DNA of 64,000 nt from an uncultured Thermoprotei archaeon. GTDB taxonomy: Archaea; Thermoproteota; Thermoprotei; Thermofilales; B15-G2. The position numbers were made by a program, and so were the translations under genes. The stretch spans positions 122,438 through 186,437 of the forward strand of contig CBDUKN010000002.1 in assembly GCA_965367815.1 (NCBI GenBank), written 5' to 3'. The notes under the pieces were generated by a model, which worked only from the letters and a program-made list of their open reading frames with translations, ran no database searches and was not told the DNA's origin. Shown here piece by piece: positions 18,786 through 28,177 of the stretch (position 1 is the stretch's first letter; every line of letters starts with the position of its first letter).

Positions 18786-20183
18786 TTATACCAATTTCTC
18801 AGATTTTAGCTTATTAACGAGTTCCTCAGCTATTTTAATTGCTTTCTCATATAGTTCCCTCGAAATCAAATTTTCTTCTAAATACATGTCGAGCTCCTTG
18901 CGGTCTATTATTTTGGGTTCGCTATCTCTTGTTCGAACAACATCTACTGCTAAGTCTATGTACTTTATTTCATCGAACGAAATTTCTGGAGGTGTAGATA
19001 TGCTTATGTATACCCCCTTAAGGTCTCCATTTTTCGAGAAATACTTATGGACAACATACCATTCTCTAGTATTTACTTCCATTAGATCATAGTCTCCCGG
19101 CTCTTTCGCTATATTTAAGCCGTCATATACTCCCTTCGATGTAAAGACTCTTTTCAATATTACTCCGTTTTCTAGTACATCTACGACAATTCCAGGGGTT
19201 AATTTAATTACTTCTCCCGATAACTTTATGTGTTTTATTGATATTTTTCTTCCTCTCAAGAAACTTATATGTAGTTTTTCTAATTTTTCTTCAATGTATT
19301 TCCTCAGATCTTCGTCGAGAGAAGCCATATGCTCTAGAAAGTCAGTTACTACCGAAGACACAGTACCACTCGACTTAAATGCGTGATGCCCATCTATTGT
19401 ATAAAGTACTTCTTTTCGAGCTTTATCTAGTTCTCGTTTGGCCTGCGAAGCGAAGAGAACTTCAGCTATGCTTTCTCCTTCAGAAATTTTCGCCGGAGCT
19501 TCGGCATTTTTCGCAGCTTTTTCTAGCTCAAGAGCTTTTTCGTAAGCTTTTTTAAGAGCCTCACTTAGCTGAAGCAAATCTGCGTACTGCGCCGAACTTC
19601 TCCATTTAACACAGTATCCTGATACATTCATTGAATACGCTAGAGTTAAGAGTTCCTTCCTTTTCTCAGGATCTCTTATGTGTTCACTTAACTTAATGCC
19701 GCCTCTCGGCAAAAGAGTCACGTATGGTTGTACTACAGCCACTCCTTCCGAAAGTTCTACATACTCTTTTTTAGAAAATGTAGGCTTTCTCACATATACT
19801 GTTATTTCACTTCCAACAGGATAGAATCCTCTGAGCTTACCGTAGATTCCCGGAGAAATTTCTACTATACTCTCATTTCCTTTAACTTCTCTAACTACGC
19901 CTCTAAAAGTAGACCTCAACTCTACTACAGCCTTTCTTGTAAAAACACCTTCTATCTCGCCTATTTTTGTTAGAAAATCTTTCACAGCTTCAGGCCTACC
20001 AATAACTAATACACCCTCTTTATGATCTAGGTCCTTTACTGTTAAGTCGGGAGGAGCCCTGTCAAACTCTATATTGAACCTCTCTCTGATAGGCTCTGTT
20101 GCTTGCACTATTCTGTAACCCCATTTTTGAGCAAGATTTGTTAATGCAGTAGCGTAAATACCACGTATCCTTATTTTAAACAT
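18786..20183 (-). CDS. fau-1: FAU-1 family RNase/AU-rich RNA-binding protein (S1 + DUF402)
   Basis: IRIRGIYATALT, WRSSA, GHH, YDGL, YIDLAVDVV. ATG 20183 follows an SD-like GGTGGAGTGA. Confidence 0.9.
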   Translation of the reverse strand: MFKIRIRGIYATALTNLAQKWGYRIVQATEPIRERFNIEFDRAPPDLTVKDLDHKEGVLVIGRPEAVKDFLTKIGEIEGVFTRKAVVELRSTFRGVVREVKGNESIVEISPGIYGKLRGFYPVGSEITVYVRKPTFSKKEYVELSEGVAVVQPYVTLLPRGGIKLSEHIRDPEKRKELLTLAYSMNVSGYCVKWRSSAQYADLLQLSEALKKAYEKALELEKAAKNAEAPAKISEGESIAEVLFASQAKRELDKARKEVLYTIDGHHAFKSSGTVSSVVTDFLEHMASLDEDLRKYIEEKLEKLHISFLRGRKISIKHIKLSGEVIKLTPGIVVDVLENGVILKRVFTSKGVYDGLNIAKEPGDYDLMEVNTREWYVVHKYFSKNGDLKGVYISISTPPEISFDEIKYIDLAVDVVRTRDSEPKIIDRKELDMYLEENLISRELYEKAIKIAEELVNKLKSEKLV

Positions 20184-20313
20184 TGTCACTCCACCCCACC
20201 TATGCACTGTTAGTTCTCAGCTCACACTAGACAGGATACTCTATAATAGTCAATTGACCTCAAATAAGCATTTTGAAGTAATTCAACCTTAACTAAACTA
20301 ATATAACTCATTA

Positions 20314-20362
20314 TCAGCTGCCGACGTGACCTCATCTCTCGGGCTCGCAGATACTTCATCAT
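20314..20362 (-). ncRNA. Box C/D guide sRNA
   Basis: Minus: ATGATGA-AGTATCTGCGAGC-CCGA-GAGATGA-GGTCACGTCGGCAG-CTGA. Confidence 0.8.
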
Positions 20363-20516
20363 TAAATAGGCTACCGTACTACTATCGATTTTAAAATATA
20401 TTTACCTATGATCATTTTTGGCTATAGTGCTTTGGAGGATTTCTATCAGAGCGAGCGATCTTGCTCTTGGGGTTAGTTTATAATTGCTTTCTTTTAGTCC
20501 ACCAGTATAGGAATCT

Positions 20517-20816
20517 TTATGGTACTCTCCTTAAGCTTTCCTCTACAAGAACAATTACTGTGTCTCTTCTCCTATTAATCCACGAGCCAAGCACTCTACC
20601 CTCTACCTTATACTCCCTCGGTAACTTGTATTCAAGCCACTCGTCGCTTTCTGGCGGCGGAGGCTCCTCACCAAAAACATCAAACCAGTCTTCAAACGCA
20701 TAAACACTCAGAGAGTACCCGCCACACTCGCACCTATACTCCTCGTCAAGAACCCATGCACCGTATACTCTAAATCTATGCACTGTACCACTAAAAGGCT
20801 CCACATACTCAACCAC
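20517..20816 (-). CDS. Orphan hypothetical protein, possibly 5'-decayed
   Basis: Protein-like composition. The frame stays open about 45 codons upstream (to ~20953) with no ATG/GTG/TTG. Confidence 0.5.
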   Translation of the reverse strand: MVEYVEPFSGTVHRFRVYGAWVLDEEYRCECGGYSLSVYAFEDWFDVFGEEPPPPESDEWLEYKLPREYKVEGRVLGSWINRRRDTVIVLVEESLRRVP

Positions 20817-21063
20817 CCTACTACACTTCTCCCTAAGCCTCTCTATTTCCTCTAAATCAAAAAACTCGTCACGATAACGCTCAGGAATACTATCAACTAT
20901 TTTCGATAAAATTCTAGCAAGTGCTACTAGTATAGTTTTCAGTAAGTAAATACATTAACATTGCTTGGTTTTATGTCAAATATACTTTACTAGCACTTAC
21001 TTTAACAGAAAGTATTACTAACGAAAGTAGTAGAATTAGTAGGAGGACTGCGTATCTAGCTAG

Positions 21064-21204
21064 GAACAGAGGGGCTTACTTCTCAGCCACTAAAAGCTCC
21101 CGTGACGAAACCCCCAGCCTCCGGGATGAAGGTGGGTGTTTTCGATGAAACAGGGGGAATGAACCAGACCCCCTCAGAGAAAACCCCACCCAAAAACCGG
21201 AGAC
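21064..21204 (+). ncRNA. Candidate structured RNA with K-loop/K-turn-like motifs
   Basis: GC-rich island with nested stems CTCCGG/CCGGAG, GGTGGG-T-GTTTTC/GAAAAC-CCCACC and AGGGGG/CCCCCT, the last closed by an AAU-GA-ACCA-GA K-loop. An upstream GGGGCTT/AAGCTCC hairpin is flanked by CAGA and GTGACGA. Confidence 0.6.
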
Positions 21205-21260
21205 TCAGGACACAAGCGTTTTCTTCATCGATGTTTATCTGACGACCCAGCGCTCATCAT
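21205..21260 (-). ncRNA. Box C/D guide sRNA
   Basis: Minus: ATGATGA-GCGCTGGGTCGT-CAGA-TAAACA-TCGATGA-AGAAAACGCTTGTGTC-CTGA. Confidence 0.8.
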
Positions 21261-21349
21261 CGTTCTGTGTATTCTATTCATACGACAACTATATTTCTTA
21301 CTTATATGGCTCGATTTTCGGAAAGTAATTTTCCGAATAGTACAATTTT

Positions 21350-22882
21350 TTGATGAATATTCAATACTCTTCGTTGCCGAACATAACATCAATAGCATCC
21401 GATATACCTTGCGTAATTTACTGTACTTTAGCAGTCGCTTTTTGCGTGATTATAGTCTTGCTTTTAAATAAAGTGTTTAAGTGGTCACTAGTAGGCCGCT
21501 ACTTTATTGTATCAGTAATTCCGTTTTTTACGATAGATTTATCTAAACACATATGTATACTCGGCTCTAGTGGTAGCGGTAAAAGTAATACTGCACGACT
21601 ACTTGCATTAAAAATTTCAAAGAAATATCCTGTGCTTATATTAGATTGGCATGGAGAACATGTCGGATTAAATGGATTTAAGGTACTTATTCCTGGTATT
21701 AACTTTTTTATTAATCCTATAAAGATTAGAAGTAAAAATACTGTTGACGAGATAAATTTAATTATAGATATAATAAGTGAAGTTTTCTATCTTACTGACC
21801 CTCAGCGATATATTTTATATGAAGCACTGAAAAATATTATAATTAATAAACAAGAACAAAATATATATAATCTTATAAAATCTGTTGAAAATTATCAAAT
21901 TAAAAGTATTAAGGAGAATGAAATAAAATTAGCTATATTAAGAAGACTAAAGCCGTTATCCGAGGGAAGACTTGGCTTAATGTTGTCCAAAGATATTGAC
22001 TTTGAAAAAATACTTTCTGGAAATTTTATAATAGATTTAAGTGTATTTAAAAGTATATACTTAAGAAAATTGGTTGCATTAATTATATTAAAGACTTTGT
22101 ATAATTATTTAATGCGAAAAGGTCCCTCTTATAGTACAAGACATATTACCATTATCGAGGAAGCTTCCAATATAATCCCTCCCCGAAGGCTAGAAGACCC
22201 TCCTTCAGTTGGAGAAAGAATGTATATTGAATTGAGAAAATATGGAGAAATATTGATTTCAATAGCACAGAGTCCTGAGCTTATAGCACCTACGGTACTT
22301 GAAAATACGCACACTTTTATAATTCATAGACTACCTTTATTTTCTAAAAAATTAGGAAAAGAGAATATTGATGTAGACTCTCTGAAAGTATTTGAGGCAT
22401 ATTTGATTTCAGGTAGTCGATTAATCAAATACAAGTTTCCTAGAATCCAAGTAAACAATCTTTCAGTAGTTATTGCGAGAAATTTTGTAGATAATGCAGT
22501 ACCTGCAGAGAACCTTGTTCAAGACACTGCTTCTAGTGAAGAGCCTAAGCCTAATTTTTGCAATACTTCCACTTCGTCTAATTTAATTAAAAGTCAACCT
22601 GCTAAAAGCACCGAATTCACTAAATCTGAAAATATGGGAAAAAGCCTTAATGCTTTTAGCGAGCAGCTAAGAGTTTTAGCCGAACGAATAGAGCGAATAG
22701 AGCGCCGCGTTGCTGCTAATTCTTCTAGCTTTGAGAGAATATTCAGCTTAATTGAAGTTCTCGAAGGAAGAGTAAATGTCATTGAAAGTAAGTTAGCGAG
22801 AACTGAAAGAACTCTCAGGAAAATTGTAGACTACTTGGAGTACCGTGAGCAGCTTCGCTCGATGCGTGGTGAGGAAGTGTGA
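21350..22882 (+). CDS. Membrane-anchored HerA/VirB4-like (DUF87) ATPase
   Basis: N-terminal TM segment, HICILGSSGSGKS, ILDWHGEH, IIEEAS, ELRKYG...AQSP, C-terminal coiled coil. Confidence 0.85.
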   Translation: MMNIQYSSLPNITSIASDIPCVIYCTLAVAFCVIIVLLLNKVFKWSLVGRYFIVSVIPFFTIDLSKHICILGSSGSGKSNTARLLALKISKKYPVLILDWHGEHVGLNGFKVLIPGINFFINPIKIRSKNTVDEINLIIDIISEVFYLTDPQRYILYEALKNIIINKQEQNIYNLIKSVENYQIKSIKENEIKLAILRRLKPLSEGRLGLMLSKDIDFEKILSGNFIIDLSVFKSIYLRKLVALIILKTLYNYLMRKGPSYSTRHITIIEEASNIIPPRRLEDPPSVGERMYIELRKYGEILISIAQSPELIAPTVLENTHTFIIHRLPLFSKKLGKENIDVDSLKVFEAYLISGSRLIKYKFPRIQVNNLSVVIARNFVDNAVPAENLVQDTASSEEPKPNFCNTSTSSNLIKSQPAKSTEFTKSENMGKSLNAFSEQLRVLAERIERIERRVAANSSSFERIFSLIEVLEGRVNVIESKLARTERTLRKIVDYLEYREQLRSMRGEEV

Positions 22883-24342
22883 GTCTTGTTCCAAGGATTT
22901 TCCCATATGAGTATCCTAGATTGGCTCAGATAGAAATTTGGAGTGTACTTAGAGAACTAGAGAAAAATAAGGCTATTTTCATTGAGGCACCAACCGGTGT
23001 AGGTAAAACTAGCGCTATTCTATCCTACTTGCTAGAAAAATATGATAGGGTGCTGTGGTTTTGCTATACGCACCGTCAGCAAGAAGTAGTACTAAAAGAA
23101 GCCGGAAGAATCGAAGAAAAAATTGGAGTACATTTAAATACGGTGCTTATAAGGGGGATAAGTAGTTTATGTTTATTTAAAGAGGTTCGAGAGTCTATTT
23201 TTCCCCATCAAGCTTGCCGATACTATAGCGCTATCCATGGATGTGCACACTGTCCCTATAAAGAACAGTTCTTGAAAGCTCTTTCATCGAGACTTGTAGT
23301 AGTTACTTATGCTTACTTAAAGGAACCTTATTTCAAAAAGATATCCTCCTTAATCGACTTAGCTGATGTAGTAGTTTTCGATGAAGCTCATCATTTATTA
23401 CTGCCGCCTAGAATAGAAATACCTGTTCAGTGGGCGGAAAAAGCATATAATGAAATAAAATGCACATTTTTCGAAAAAATGATTAATAGAGAAAAAATAA
23501 TATTAGTGAGCTCTGCTCCTTCTATAACGAAATGCGAGGAAATTTTTTGGCGCAATGGCTTATCCTATTCACTAGAAATAGTTCTTCAGTCTGTTCAAGC
23601 TTCTAAACTCTTTTTAAACAGAAAAACAAACAAGTATTTAGGTATAGATGAAAAATTTCATCGTAAACTATCAGATATTTTAAAAACAAAAGAAACAGTC
23701 ATTACTAGCGCTACATTACCTAATAATCTTCCGACTGTATTACGTCACTTTAGTTACAGCTTTTATAAAGTAGAAAATCATGAATACTGCTTCAGAACGT
23801 TAATCTTCATAGGCAGTAGTTTACCTAAGAAAAAGTGGTATAATTCAAAGACTTTAAGTGAAGTGAGTAAAGTACTCGATATTGCGTCAAGGTACTACAG
23901 AAAAGTTTTAGCTGTTTTTCCATCACAAGACACTCTGAGAAACTATCTAAGACATTACTCTCTTTCACGTAACACCACATCTATTGTTGCAGGCTCTCGT
24001 GAAGCCGAAGGAATTGATGTAAATGCCAATATTTGTATTATTTTAGGTGTGCCGTATGACCGTGTAACAAGAATTACTATAGAGACAGTAAAATATTTTC
24101 GCCGATATGCTAGTAGACCTAAGACTTTAGGCTATACTATTCCCGCTGTTATTAAAGCAGTTCAGGCAGCAGGTAGAATACTGCGAAAACCAAATAGAGT
24201 AATAGTCTTCTATGATAAAAGATGGCTCGACCTAAAAAAATATTTTCCAGCGTGGCTTAAGAACAAAAATATCAAAGCAATAAAAAATTCACATGAGCTT
24301 TATAATGAACTAATATTTTCTAGTATTATTTCTAATAGCTAA
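22879..24342 (+). CDS. Compact XPD/Rad3/DinG-family helicase with FeS cluster
   Basis: FPYEYPR.AQ Q-motif, EAPTGVGKT, Cys cluster, DEAHH, TSATL, AEGID, GVPY, QAAGRILR. Confidence 0.88.
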   Translation: MSLVPRIFPYEYPRLAQIEIWSVLRELEKNKAIFIEAPTGVGKTSAILSYLLEKYDRVLWFCYTHRQQEVVLKEAGRIEEKIGVHLNTVLIRGISSLCLFKEVRESIFPHQACRYYSAIHGCAHCPYKEQFLKALSSRLVVVTYAYLKEPYFKKISSLIDLADVVVFDEAHHLLLPPRIEIPVQWAEKAYNEIKCTFFEKMINREKIILVSSAPSITKCEEIFWRNGLSYSLEIVLQSVQASKLFLNRKTNKYLGIDEKFHRKLSDILKTKETVITSATLPNNLPTVLRHFSYSFYKVENHEYCFRTLIFIGSSLPKKKWYNSKTLSEVSKVLDIASRYYRKVLAVFPSQDTLRNYLRHYSLSRNTTSIVAGSREAEGIDVNANICIILGVPYDRVTRITIETVKYFRRYASRPKTLGYTIPAVIKAVQAAGRILRKPNRVIVFYDKRWLDLKKYFPAWLKNKNIKAIKNSHELYNELIFSSIISNS

Positions 24343-24384
24343 TATAGGTTAACTAATATAAATGAGTACAGTACCTTATAGGCT

Positions 24385-25146
24385 GTGTTTCCAATAAGTG
24401 CTGAGAAAAGGCGGGGAAAACCTCCTCTAGTTACATGGAGTATAATAGTTATCAACGTAATAGCGTATGTTTTGTCATTAATTTTCGGCTACGAAAATAT
24501 CGTTAACAACTATGGAATGATACCTGCATTTATTGTCGAAGGAAAAAGACTATATACATTAGTAACATCAATGTTTCTACATGGAGGACTTCTGCATTTA
24601 GGAGGAAATATGCTTTATTTATACATTTTCGGTCCTGGAATAGAGTCAAGATTAGGAAAAACAAGATATCTTATACTGTACTTCGCTTCTGGTATAGCAG
24701 CATCGCTTCTTCACATATTCATTGTCTACAACTTTTCTGAACCAATAATTGTTTACGGCCCATTTGGCTACAGCATAATAGACTCAAGATTGATACCATG
24801 TATAGGTGCGTCAGGAGCTATATCCGGTATATTAGGTGCATACATGTTCTTAATGCCTAATAAAACAGTATACGTATTAACGTACCTCTGGCCAGGCCTC
24901 CCCTATATAATTAGAGCCCCAGCCTACCTCTTTATAGGCTTTTGGTTCGTCTATCAGCTACTTATGGGCTTACTTTCATTAGCTATACCAGCTCCTTACT
25001 TTTCTGGTGTAGCCTTCTGGGCGCATATAGGTGGATTTATTGCAGGACTGCTTTTAGCATCTCCTCTCTCAAGAAAAGCAAAAAGAAGAAAAAGAATAAT
25101 TATAGACTATACAGGAAGAAGATGGTATGAAATTCCCGTGGAGTAG
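24385..25146 (+). CDS. Rhomboid intramembrane serine protease
   Basis: SMFLHGG..HLGGNM, GASGAISG, AHIGG. Confidence 0.95.
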   Translation: MFPISAEKRRGKPPLVTWSIIVINVIAYVLSLIFGYENIVNNYGMIPAFIVEGKRLYTLVTSMFLHGGLLHLGGNMLYLYIFGPGIESRLGKTRYLILYFASGIAASLLHIFIVYNFSEPIIVYGPFGYSIIDSRLIPCIGASGAISGILGAYMFLMPNKTVYVLTYLWPGLPYIIRAPAYLFIGFWFVYQLLMGLLSLAIPAPYFSGVAFWAHIGGFIAGLLLASPLSRKAKRRKRIIIDYTGRRWYEIPVE

Positions 25147-25195
25147 ATCCTTCAAAAGACTTAAGTGCCTCCACTTACGTACGTACGTAGACGAA

Positions 25196-25245
25196 ATGAT
25201 TAAAAAGAACCCGTGCTGATGTGTGATGACCGGGCTAGACGATGA
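25196..25245 (+). ncRNA. Box C/D guide sRNA (variant boxes), probably tRNA-targeting
   Basis: ATGATTA-AAAAGAACCCGTG-CTGA-TGT-GTGATGA-CCGGGCTAGACG-ATGA. Confidence 0.7.
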
Positions 25246-25381
25246 TCTGCGAACATTAGAAAAGGCTTATTAATTTGATATAGTTCCTTTAAAAATCTAA
25301 TTCATTTTCCAAGAATAACCTGAATAAGTAGAAAATGTAAGCACTAAAAATATAATTATGCTTCAGTAGAGAGAACAAGGT

Positions 25382-25432
25382 ATGATGAATAACCCTGGGA
25401 TCAGATAAGGTGAAGAAGTGGTCCTCGGCTGA
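25382..25432 (+). ncRNA. Box C/D guide sRNA
   Basis: ATGATGA-ATAACCCTGGGAT-CAGA-TAAG-GTGAAGA-AGTGGTCCTCGG-CTGA; it ends 4 nt before the next ATG. Confidence 0.82.
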
Positions 25433-25436
25433 AAAT

Positions 25437-26171
25437 ATGCTTCTACATATACATAAGAAATTACACAGCTTAATTCTCAGAAAAATAATTCATTTAATGC
25501 TAGTTACTCTACTGTTCTTACCCTTTGTAGTAGATATTAGGATTTTTGGATTGACCACTTTGACATACTACTCAATACTTCTTCTAGTTTCGGCTTTCAT
25601 CAACTCTATTCAAGTAAAAAAACCTCCCTTAGTAAAAATTGTATTGGAGCATATAGAAGAAACTCGAAATAAGTTTTTTGCAAAAATATCTTCTATCGAA
25701 TCTAAAAGCGAAATAAATGCTTTTATTGTAAGCTTTCTAAGCGAAATAGAGCATACTTTAATTCCTCAAATCAACGCCGCTATAAGAGACTATGAACGTC
25801 TAGGTGGATACATAGGTATAACTTTTGGCGCAATAGGAGTCCTTGTGTCGAATATTCTGTTTAAAAATTATGTCTTCTATGGAGCCTTAGCTCTAGCCGT
25901 TGTCGATACAGTTACAGCACTAGTAGGAAAATTTTTAGGAAAAACTAGGATTCCTGGAACAAATGCTACACTTGAAGGCAGCTTAGCAGGTTTAGTAGCA
26001 TTCTTTGTCACCCTGTCTCTGATAAAAGTGAATGCTATAGCTGCACTTATAATATCAACGCTTACGGTTATAGCTGAAGCCTACGGTGTTGAAGACAATC
26101 TAGCAATACCTCTAACGGCTTCATTTACAGCATATTTACTAAAAGCCCCTATACCGTCTTTTCCTTCATAG
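25437..26171 (+). CDS. Dolichol/phytol kinase-like (CTP_transf_1 family) membrane protein
   Basis: RKIIH, DTVTALVGK, TLEGSLAG, EDNLAIPL. The start is moved to ATG 25437, downstream of the sRNA. Confidence 0.8.
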   Translation: MLLHIHKKLHSLILRKIIHLMLVTLLFLPFVVDIRIFGLTTLTYYSILLLVSAFINSIQVKKPPLVKIVLEHIEETRNKFFAKISSIESKSEINAFIVSFLSEIEHTLIPQINAAIRDYERLGGYIGITFGAIGVLVSNILFKNYVFYGALALAVVDTVTALVGKFLGKTRIPGTNATLEGSLAGLVAFFVTLSLIKVNAIAALIISTLTVIAEAYGVEDNLAIPLTASFTAYLLKAPIPSFPS

Positions 26172-27066
26172 CCAATAATCTGCAGAAACTACAGACTTCA
26201 CCTTGTGAAGGCAAACCACATACCTTACATTTTTTAACACGCACTTCCGAAGAAATTTTCTCCCATAGAATTGGCTGAATATTCTTATACCAGCTTTTAA
26301 CTAAGTTCAGTACAGATCCTGGATACATGGCTTCTAGGAGCTCTATTAGACTTTTGACTTTGAGTGAAGTAGCTCCTACTGAATAGGGACATTGTTCTTC
26401 AACATAGGGTAATCTATGTACTTTAACATAGGCTAGTGTTTCGTACTCATACATTCGATAAAGCGGTTTTATTTTTGGAGGAAGATTTCCTAAGGAAGAT
26501 ATGAAAGGACTTCTTTTCGCCAACGAAAGTATATCTGACCTAGTTAAAGCGGATAACAAGAAGATAGCTTCATCCACTAGGTTATGCCCAGTAGCTATTT
26601 TAGTAGCTTTTAACTTCACAGCATAAGATGACATAATATACCTCTTTATAGTACCGCAAATAGAGCAGGGAGGGCGATTAGAGACCTTAGCGAGCTCAGG
26701 TAAAGTTATACCATATTCTCTTTTTATGTCTACAATTATTAAATCAACTCCTAGCCGAGAACATACTTCTTCACATACTTTTCTAGAGACTTCACTGTAT
26801 TTTCCTAAGCCTAAATCGATGTGCAATGATATTACCTCATAACTGAATTTTTCTTTGAGACGCCATAATGCATGTAGCAATGATATACTATCTTTTCCTC
26901 CCGAAACACCTATTAAAACAACATCTCCCTTTTTAAGCATTTTAAATGCTCTAATAGTTTTTTCTATTTTCTTCATAAAGTGTTTATCATAATGTTCACT
27001 GCAAAAGCTAACTCCTGCGTAATCTATTTTCACTACAGCAGGTTTTTTACAGACAATGCACCGCAT
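26149..27066 (-). CDS. tRNA 2-thiolation protein (TtuA/NcsA/Ctu1 family)
   Basis: CxxC...CxxH zinc finger, SGGKDS PP-loop, CSICG, ATGHN, CPY, C-terminal zinc finger. Confidence 0.92.
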   Translation of the reverse strand: MRCIVCKKPAVVKIDYAGVSFCSEHYDKHFMKKIEKTIRAFKMLKKGDVVLIGVSGGKDSISLLHALWRLKEKFSYEVISLHIDLGLGKYSEVSRKVCEEVCSRLGVDLIIVDIKREYGITLPELAKVSNRPPCSICGTIKRYIMSSYAVKLKATKIATGHNLVDEAIFLLSALTRSDILSLAKRSPFISSLGNLPPKIKPLYRMYEYETLAYVKVHRLPYVEEQCPYSVGATSLKVKSLIELLEAMYPGSVLNLVKSWYKNIQPILWEKISSEVRVKKCKVCGLPSQGEVCSFCRLLAMKEKTV

Positions 27067-27193
27067 TTAAGTTTTAGTTACTTTAATACCTTTTTATTTT
27101 TTCCTAGAATAGTACTTACACAACAACAAAGCCCTCTCCACTGCCTAGAATGCCACGGTAAGATTTATTTTATATGTCAAGTTAAATTGATGT

Positions 27194-28126
27194 ATGGCTT
27201 CCGAAGGCTGGGAGACTTTTGCGTGGAGCGGTATAGTGTTTAGTAAACCTTATTCATGGGAGATAGCTAAAGAGGAGTTTACTTCAAAAGTATATTATGT
27301 AGTGTTTGAAGATATTAAAATGCGTAGATTAGAACTTAAGGCAGAAAAAATTCCGTTTGATAAAGCTCCTGAAGCAAAAGATATTATAGAGAAATTTATT
27401 GAAACTGTTAAGGAAAAGTTTACAGATGTAAAAGTTATAAGCAAAGGAGATCTTTCTTCATTAAGTCATAAAGCTTATGAAGCTATAATGAGAACAAAAG
27501 ACTATTGTCTCAAATGTATAGGATGGTACTGCGATGAAAGTGAAAGAGCATTTCTCCTAAACTTCATATACAAGATTGATGAGTCTGAAAAAGCTAAGCA
27601 CACCATATCTAAGGTATTAAAAAGCTTTAAATGTCATTTAGATGGAGAAAAATATCCTTGGTATTTTCAAGGAATTTTTTTGACACTGCCAAAAGAATAT
27701 AAGCCTATAGAAAAGAAAACTACTACTGGACTTAGTTACTTAAAGTTTTATTACAAAGAAACAGTAATTTTACTCGCCTATAACTGTATGGCTTCAGTTC
27801 TTCTTGAAGAAGAAGATACAGAGACATGGTTCCAAAAAAGAGTATTTAAGCAATGCTTCAAAAAGTACGGCAAAATATCAGACTTAAAGAAAAAGGAAAG
27901 TATTAAATTAAACAATCACAGTATCGATATTTTCACATACAACATTAAGGTTCCATTTAGTCCGAGAAAGCGAAAATGCTACCTCTCCCTATGGGTTTGC
28001 GATCAGAACAATAGACTCATGTGTTTTACTGTAGTCTCAAAAGAATCAATTAGAATTAAAGAAAAAGAATTAAAGGAAATAGAAAATCTTTTCAATACAA
28101 GCCTTCGCTCAATTAAGTGCCACTAA
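27194..28126 (+). CDS. Hypothetical protein with an internal duplication
   Basis: Two halves each end in W.CD...R...S.KCH. Confidence 0.7.
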   Translation: MASEGWETFAWSGIVFSKPYSWEIAKEEFTSKVYYVVFEDIKMRRLELKAEKIPFDKAPEAKDIIEKFIETVKEKFTDVKVISKGDLSSLSHKAYEAIMRTKDYCLKCIGWYCDESERAFLLNFIYKIDESEKAKHTISKVLKSFKCHLDGEKYPWYFQGIFLTLPKEYKPIEKKTTTGLSYLKFYYKETVILLAYNCMASVLLEEEDTETWFQKRVFKQCFKKYGKISDLKKKESIKLNNHSIDIFTYNIKVPFSPRKRKCYLSLWVCDQNNRLMCFTVVSKESIRIKEKELKEIENLFNTSLRSIKCH

Positions 28127-28177
28127 TAAACAGGAATTTAAGTATATACGCTCTATGGAACAAGTCTAAGGGACTAA

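Noticed and set aside
21064-21120. RNase P RNA (AACAGAGGGGCTTACT resembles CR-V)
   Set aside because: There is no upstream GAGGAAAGUCC-type CR-I, the upstream DNA is AT-rich, and GGGGCTT pairs locally with AAGCTCC.
21064-21260. TIGR or CRISPR-like array from the repeated GATGA motifs
   Set aside because: The spacing is irregular, the motifs sit within one nested hairpin, and no Nop-domain or cas gene is nearby. No CRISPR array was seen anywhere in the window.
25176-25189. TACGTACGTACGTA palindromic microrepeat
   Set aside because: Single short occurrence with no supporting context.
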